The position numbers were made by a program, and so were the translations under genes. Shown here piece after piece: positions 60,084 through 64,000 of a stretch of 64,000 bases of DNA. The notes under the pieces were generated by a model, which saw only the letters and a program-made list of their open reading frames with translations, had not been told where the DNA came from and ran no database searches. The stretch spans positions 1,536,001 through 1,600,000 of the forward strand of contig OZ243938.1 of NCBI GenBank assembly GCA_965214095.1, read 5' to 3'. Position 1 is the stretch's first letter; each line of letters starts with the position of its first letter. Origin of the DNA: Candidatus Poribacteria bacterium. GTDB taxonomy: Bacteria > Poribacteria > WGA-4E > WGA-3G.

Positions 60084-62075
60084 ATGTATCATAATCAAAT
60101 CTATAATACGAATCAAATGAAGTCTGATAATACAGATGTAACAACATGGGAACTCCCCGATGGCGCAATCGCCCGATTAGGACGGGGTTGGGTGCGCCGA
60201 GATATAGCATTTTCACCTAAAGGGGTGTGTCTAGCTATTGCGACAGACATCGGTTGTTGGTTATATGACCTTGATACGATGGTGCCACGTGTGTTGTGGG
60301 ATACAGAACGGGGGATGGTTTCTGCCATCTCCTTTTCACACGATGCACGATGGATTGCTACCGGAAACACCGATGGCACCTTGAAGATATGGTCCACAGA
60401 AACTCTCCAATACATCATAGAAATTGAAACCGGAAAACCTGTTTTCCAACTTAGCTTTTCACCAGATGGACAGTACTTAGCATGTGTCAGTAAAATGTCT
60501 ACGGGAAGTTGTCGAACAAGTATTTATATTTGGCGTGAAAACACCGGCACACCGATCATAGATTTCTCTTTTACATCTAAGCCAGGCGGGCATAATTCAT
60601 ACGCAACAGCTTTTTCACATAATGGTGAACTATTTGCATATACGTCTGATTATAATATCATATCTGTAATAAATGTAGAGACGAATGAATGTATCGCTCA
60701 ACTTCCGGAAGTATCCACTGAACAACGGTCCGCTGTTGGTCCTCAACTCATTTTTTCTCACTGCGGGAAGTATCTTTCTGGCTACATTCGAAAAAATAGG
60801 ATCTACGTTTGGGATCTCTTCTGCGGTACAATGGAAAAATCGATGGAATATAATAAAATCAATAGGTTGATCCCGACCTTCACATCTGATAGTACTTTGC
60901 GGGTAGCATGTATCTCTGACAACGAGGTGGTCATCTCAAACGCAGCTCAGCAGGAGAAAGTGGATACCTTTGAAATTTGGGGACCGTCTGAAGTATCAGC
61001 TTGTTTCTCAGCAGATGGATCAAGATTTATTATTTCGAATAGACGCGGCGACCTTTACATGTGGACAGAAACCTCTTCTCCATCTGTAAATATTCTCACT
61101 GGACATTTGCCAGGGGTTAGACAGGTAGGTTTTTCTAAAGATAGCAGAACACTAGTGAGTAATTACGATTATCGAGCTGGATGTCGGTTATGGAATGTTG
61201 AGAGTAAACGGGTCGGATTGACCTTTCTTTTTCAATATTCGGATCGTAATTCACCCGGTAAGATGGTTATCTCCCAAGGTCAGGAATTCTTCGCTACTAC
61301 TAACGGAAACGGTATTAATATTTGGGATATAGCATCTGGCACACAAATATCAGAACTTACCGTAAAGCCTACAAGTGTACGCAATATGGCTTTTTCACTA
61401 ACTGGGGAATATCTCATAGGAAACCACAGAGGAGGAGTTACAGTATGGAATACGATGCAATGGGAAAAGTGCTATACTCTGAGTATTGAACAAATTGATC
61501 TCCGTAAAGCTCGGTTGCTGTTTCATCCAAACGGTGAGTTTTTTATAATTATTCCGCGTGAAGGGGATAATCTTATTTGGGATCTCAAGAGTGGTGATCA
61601 AGTTGGCACACTATCCACAGCAATGTGCTCAGATATCACCCTATTTAGAGGTCTAAAAACGGACATCCAGAGAGCTCCTAAACAGCAAACACACCCTCGA
61701 CGTGTATGGGGATTTGAGGCATCCCCTCGTGGCACACTTCTCGCTGGGGGAATGTGGGATGAAATTAGAATTTGGGACGCTGCTACCTTAGAAACGCGTA
61801 TGGTCATAATTCCACCTGAAGGATGTCAAAAGCAGCATACGCTTGCATTTTCCCCTTGTAGCCGCTACCTTGCCTCCGGTACATGGTGGCAAAGGGGTCA
61901 GAAGAAGGTATCCATCCGGTTATGGGAGGTAGCTACAGGTGAGAATATACATACTTTCTGGGGACACCCTACTGATGTGCAGTGTCTCGCTTTCTCACCG
62001 GATGGCAGGATTTTGGCAAGTGGTAGTTTTGATGGCACCATCCTCCTCTGGGATATGAAACCATTTATAAATTAA
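60084..62075 (+). CDS. WD40 repeat protein 8
   Basis: GAGGAG RBS before MYHNQ; WD blades. Confidence 0.93.
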   Translation: MYHNQIYNTNQMKSDNTDVTTWELPDGAIARLGRGWVRRDIAFSPKGVCLAIATDIGCWLYDLDTMVPRVLWDTERGMVSAISFSHDARWIATGNTDGTLKIWSTETLQYIIEIETGKPVFQLSFSPDGQYLACVSKMSTGSCRTSIYIWRENTGTPIIDFSFTSKPGGHNSYATAFSHNGELFAYTSDYNIISVINVETNECIAQLPEVSTEQRSAVGPQLIFSHCGKYLSGYIRKNRIYVWDLFCGTMEKSMEYNKINRLIPTFTSDSTLRVACISDNEVVISNAAQQEKVDTFEIWGPSEVSACFSADGSRFIISNRRGDLYMWTETSSPSVNILTGHLPGVRQVGFSKDSRTLVSNYDYRAGCRLWNVESKRVGLTFLFQYSDRNSPGKMVISQGQEFFATTNGNGINIWDIASGTQISELTVKPTSVRNMAFSLTGEYLIGNHRGGVTVWNTMQWEKCYTLSIEQIDLRKARLLFHPNGEFFIIIPREGDNLIWDLKSGDQVGTLSTAMCSDITLFRGLKTDIQRAPKQQTHPRRVWGFEASPRGTLLAGGMWDEIRIWDAATLETRMVIIPPEGCQKQHTLAFSPCSRYLASGTWWQRGQKKVSIRLWEVATGENIHTFWGHPTDVQCLAFSPDGRILASGSFDGTILLWDMKPFIN

Positions 62076-62395
62076 CGACTTGTGCTAAAAAACTAAATGT
62101 TAAGTATTGATTCACACATTCAGGTCCTTTTGTCCGTATTTCTTTCACTTAAGATGCTCTTTAGTCCCGTATGAAGATAAAAAACAAATAGGGTAATTTG
62201 ACTTCAAAGTCCAGCGCGCTTACAAAGCGCGCCTACGGGTTTGACAAGCGCGCAAGCAAAGCACGCCTACAGGTCTTGGGTTAATTAAGATTAACCGTTT
62301 AATAAATTAATCTTCATTAGGGACGATATGCTTATAGTGTTAATGCTATTAAATGTAAAAACCAACAAGACAGAATGTTAACTGGCACAAGTCGT
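62075..62395. mobile_element. MITE (321 bp) with 11-bp terminal inverted repeats and 6-bp target-site duplication
   Basis: ACGACTTGTGC / GCACAAGTCGT; AAATTA at 62069-62074 and 62396-62401; the paralogous junction near 60000 lacks it. Confidence 0.8.
62213..62270 (-). repeat. tandem GTAG-REP doublet
   Basis: Minus strand GTAGGCGTGCTTTGCTTGCGCGC and GTAGGCGCGCTTTGTAAGCGCGC. Confidence 0.75.
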
Positions 62396-62478
62396 AAATT
62401 AGCATATATGTGCATCAGATTGAACTAAAATATTCTTTAGTGTCCAAACAAGCCGTAGCAATTGCTGAGGAGATTATT

Positions 62479-64000
62479 ATGCATCATAATCAAAACTATA
62501 ATACGAATCAAATGAAGTCTGATAATACAGATGTGACAACTTGGAAACTTCCTGAAGGTGCGATCGGCAGATTAGCCAGAGGACGCGTGTCAGATATGTC
62601 CTTTTCAACTGATGGTAAATATCTTGCCGTCGCAACCCCCATCGGCTGTTGGTTGTATGATAGATTGTCGCTGAAACCACTTGACTTGTTTGAAACAGAA
62701 AGTGGAATGCTTAATACCATTGTCTTTTCACGCGATACCCGGTTGATTGCCACCAGTAATTTTGATGGCGTAGTGAAGGTATGGGACGTACAAACGCTAA
62801 AGTGTCTCGCAAAGATAAACCATCGCAAGAATATAGATGCAACTTCAGGATATTCTTGGAACCTCCATTTTTCTTGGGACAACGCATACTTAGCAGCATC
62901 TTGTTTTGACAAACAAAATGTTGTCTACGCGTGGCACAAAAACACTGATGAACCTATCACGATATTTCCGATTGACGTAGCAGAAGAGAGCGGACACCAT
63001 TTTCCTATCTGTTTTTCTCCGATAGGGAACTTACTTGCATACGTATCTGCTGGAACACCGCATCACACTCTCACCATTTCCGATATAGAGACCAGTGAAC
63101 ACATCACACATCTCAACTGCATAGCACCATTGGTATACCGAGGTCTTGTCTTTTCTCCTTGTGGGCAATATATAGCTGCTGCTAATCAGAACAATGAAGT
63201 CTTGGTGTGGAATGTTTACAACGACACTTTGGAAATGGAACCCACTACTTATGATGGGAGGAGGTTAATCCCTGCCTATACACCCGATGGCACACTACGC
63301 GTTGCCGATATTTACGACTATAAAGTTGTAATATGGGATGCTATCCGAAAAGAAAAAATAGATACATTTGACCGTCAGAACCCCAGACATGATCATTTTT
63401 TAAGCGGACATCAGGAACATTTTTCAAGCGATGGCTCGTATGTCGCAACGATCCTCTCACGTAGCAATCTTTGTGTGTGGACAGTCGGGTCACCATCAAC
63501 CAAAGTTTCAAGTCCTGCTGATCATAAACCTGTTGCACATTCGGTTGCTTTTTCTAAAAACGGAAAGACATTAGCAAGTGGACATGGGTTTGGTATGTAT
63601 CACGTATTCTGGGATGCTGCACAAAGACAAACAGAACAAATATTCCCAATGCCAAATATCCAAGCACAACGTACAACTCTAACTAAAGACCTAACAGAAG
63701 AAGAGAAACAGCAGTGGTACCGTGTCAGTGCTTTGTCGCCTTGTGGAGAACGACTGACACTTCGCGACCTTCCGAGGGGGTCAGTTGAAATTTGGGATAT
63801 TGCGTCTGAAACCCTCATTACAGAACTATCGGACAGTAACAGATTTAGATCTTGGCGTGAAATGCGTTTTTCACCTACAGGTGAACATTTTATCGGCATA
63901 ACAGCTACAGGTGATATTGATGTCTGGGATACACAGTCCGGTGAGAAAGTCAATACACTCGCAGGAGATAACCGACTGATTTTGACAACTGCGTTTCACC
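62479..64000 (+). CDS. WD40 repeat protein 9 (partial, runs off right edge; absent from ORF track)
   Basis: ATG 62479 reads MHHNQNYNTNQMKSDNTDVTTWKLPEGAIGRLARG.. with WD blades continuing towards the edge. Confidence 0.9.
   Translation, partial: MHHNQNYNTNQMKSDNTDVTTWKLPEGAIGRLARGRVSDMSFSTDGKYLAVATPIGCWLYDRLSLKPLDLFETESGMLNTIVFSRDTRLIATSNFDGVVKVWDVQTLKCLAKINHRKNIDATSGYSWNLHFSWDNAYLAASCFDKQNVVYAWHKNTDEPITIFPIDVAEESGHHFPICFSPIGNLLAYVSAGTPHHTLTISDIETSEHITHLNCIAPLVYRGLVFSPCGQYIAAANQNNEVLVWNVYNDTLEMEPTTYDGRRLIPAYTPDGTLRVADIYDYKVVIWDAIRKEKIDTFDRQNPRHDHFLSGHQEHFSSDGSYVATILSRSNLCVWTVGSPSTKVSSPADHKPVAHSVAFSKNGKTLASGHGFGMYHVFWDAAQRQTEQIFPMPNIQAQRTTLTKDLTEEEKQQWYRVSALSPCGERLTLRDLPRGSVEIWDIASETLITELSDSNRFRSWREMRFSPTGEHFIGITATGDIDVWDTQSGEKVNTLAGDNRLILTTAFH

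Noticed and set aside
45119-64000. Diversity-generating retroelement, integron cassette array or NLR/STAND system
   Set aside because: No reverse transcriptase, adenine-specific template/variable repeat pair, integrase, attC-like sites or NTPase domain is visible in the window

Overview
Bacterial chromosomal window of about 40-45% GC, most consistent with Candidatus Poribacteria. That assignment is an inference from a divergent 16S rRNA, LamG/DUF1080 proteins ending in AVxxxxxLxxTWxxLK, PhyH dioxygenases and an LPEGAIARLGRG-type WD40 expansion. In order, the window holds: a TolC/MFP/RND efflux operon; metabolic genes (Gfo/Idh/MocA, sulfite oxidase-family Mo enzyme with a Rieske partner, two complete xanthine-dehydrogenase-family three-subunit sets, apt, PhyH, SDR); a fused MNT-HEPN gene; a DUF3179 gene that reads through an in-frame UGA (probable selenoprotein with a collagen-like insert); a defence-like island bounded by two copies of a moaD 3' end; duplicated polysaccharide deacetylases; a 16S-tRNA-Ile unit with no 23S behind it; and an ECF sigma gene followed by a tandem array of at least nine mosaic WD40 genes running off the right edge. 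Intergenic DNA contains several MITEs with target-site duplications (one nested inside another) that carry REP-like palindromes. All calls come from reading the sequence and motifs; no searches were run.
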